In this document: positions 62,659 to 64,000 of the stretch, piece after piece
How the letters are laid out: each line of letters opens with the position of its first letter
Numbering within the stretch: position 1 is the first letter of the stretch
NCBI GenBank assembly: GCA_964016885.1
Contig: OZ024741.1
Coordinates: 216,504,001-216,568,000, forward strand
DNA: 64,000 nucleotides
Direction of reading: 5' to 3'
Source of the DNA: Eledone cirrhosa
Taxonomy: Eukaryota
Made by a program: the position numbers and the translations under genes
Notes under the pieces: generated by a model
The model's input: only the letters and a program-made list of their open reading frames with translations
What the model was told of the DNA's origin: nothing
The model's database searches: none

Positions 62659-64000
62659 CTACAGGATGGTATACAGAGAAGGCCCATTTACACGAGCCAT
62701 TCTCGCCACTATCACCCACCTTTCATAAAACTGCCCGTGGCCAAGCACCTCTCTCTCCATTCTTATCCTTCTTCCGAAGTGATATCGGAAGAAGTAGACC
62801 AGACTATGGCCAGAGAGGAAGTTGCCTGACCTCAGACCTTTCAATCGTGTCCACCAAACAACCTCTTTCAACATGGCTATTACGCACAGAAAAACCGCCT
62901 TTGCTTCCTTTGTGAAGAGGGGAGGCGGTTTGATTGTCATCACGGACTCGGCGGTCAATTTAATCGGCGCCACCCGCGACTGCAGTCGTTCGGCGTAGCC
63001 CCACAGATCAGCCACGCCCGGACATTGCACCAATGCGTGCGCAACGGTTTCTTCGTGACGCACACATCTAGGGCAAATCTTTTTTGAGGGATCCCTGCCC
63101 GGGCGCCCGTGTCTGTAGAGCCTCTCTCGAACGGGTAGAGCCCCCCGGTAGCACTGCCAGGCCAGTGACTTCTGGAAGTTGTCCATTGGTCCTGGGCCGA
63201 AAGTCCTACCGAACAGGCTGGCCAGTTCGTCTTCTTCCATGTCCAGCGACTCTCCAAGGGTGTCATCGCCCCTGCTAGCCACCAGCCCTCTATAGAATGA
63301 TGAGGTGGATTCTCCACCGATGGCCTGGCCCGCTTGCCAGAGAGCCCTGAGCGCCTGAGCACACTCAGTGTGCCAGTCTCCCAGTTTTCCGGATCTTTGC
63401 TTGACCCAGGACTGTAGCTCGGTGAGTGAGACGAGTCTCGGAAAGGCTCGTTTCACGAACAGAGTCCACACCGGTTGACCAGTGAGGAATACCTGTAGGT
63501 GCCGTAGCCTTAATGCGTGCCTACGCATCATCAACCACGGCATCCCCAGCCCTCCTTTCGAAGGTTGTTGGCAGCAGATGGATCTTCTCACCATAGGAGG
63601 ACGCTTCTTCCAAAGAAATTGGAAGAGCATGCGTTCCATGGTGGTGAGTGTTTCCTTAGGGCAAGGCACGACAGTCAGGCGGTAGTAAGTGACGGACGCT
63701 ATGTAAATGTTCGCCACCTCCGCCCGGCCTTTTAGGGACAGCTTACACTTGGCCCATTTCTGGGTTAGTGCAAACACCTTGTTCGTAACCTCGTTCCAGT
63801 TCTTTTCCACCTGGAGGTCCGGTCCAAACCAGACCCCAAGCAACTTTACCGGGCCCTCCGTCCAGTGTCCGACGACACCGTCAGGAGGCATCGGTCTGCC
63901 TCTCCACGTTCCGAGTTGCAGCCCGATGGATTTTTCCCGGTTCAGTTTCGCTCCTGACAACCTTTCGTACTCCTCCAGTAAGGTACCGATCGCCTCGATC
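62659..64000 (-). CDS. ORF2 C-terminal part of a second, related Tx1 element (element 62443 to beyond window end)
   Basis: Clearly homologous but diverged relative to 56006-57300 (GAKLNREKSIG...CPRCVRHEETVAHALVQC); runs off the window. Confidence 0.92.
   Translation of the reverse strand, partial: IEAIGTLLEEYERLSGAKLNREKSIGLQLGTWRGRPMPPDGVVGHWTEGPVKLLGVWFGPDLQVEKNWNEVTNKVFALTQKWAKCKLSLKGRAEVANIYIASVTYYRLTVVPCPKETLTTMERMLFQFLWKKRPPMVRRSICCQQPSKGGLGMPWLMMRRHALRLRHLQVFLTGQPVWTLFVKRAFPRLVSLTELQSWVKQRSGKLGDWHTECAQALRALWQAGQAIGGESTSSFYRGLVASRGDDTLGESLDMEEDELASLFGRTFGPGPMDNFQKSLAWQCYRGALPVRERLYRHGRPGRDPSKKICPRCVRHEETVAHALVQCPGVADLWGYAERLQSRVAPIKLTAESVMTIKPPPLFTKEAKAVFLCVIAMLKEVVWWTRLKGLRSGNFLSGHSLVYFFRYHFGRRIRMEREVLGHGQFYERWVIVARMARVNGPSLYTIL

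Overview
AT-rich, microsatellite-dense animal genomic DNA. The tRNA-derived CORE-type and Meta/MESC-type SINE families and the repeat landscape suggest an octopus/cephalopod genome (inference). No host protein-coding gene is confidently visible, and most listed ORFs are microsatellite artefacts. Main contents: (1) many Penelope-like element (PLE) pieces, including a 5'-truncated RT+GIY-YIG ORF (14697-16244), a 5'-inverted PLE (23410-24842) and numerous short, often fold-back pLTR derivatives sitting in (TA)n tracts, with about 12 type-I hammerhead ribozyme (HHR) motifs; two unrelated families show a compensatory U3-A8 core, and several palindromes turn exactly at an HHR helix loop; (2) an 18.8-kb array of 226 x 83-bp units (28179-46973) in which each unit reads as a 56-nt GT..AG intron plus a 27-nt exon, with only one reading frame (SPSSDVCSQ) open across the variants I read; (3) a head-to-tail cluster of at least 7 Tx1-clade LINE insertions in a (GATA)n tract (55057-64000), one full length with intact ORF1 and ORF2; (4) degenerate R4/Dong and RTE LINE fragments, SINEs, two MITEs and minisatellites.
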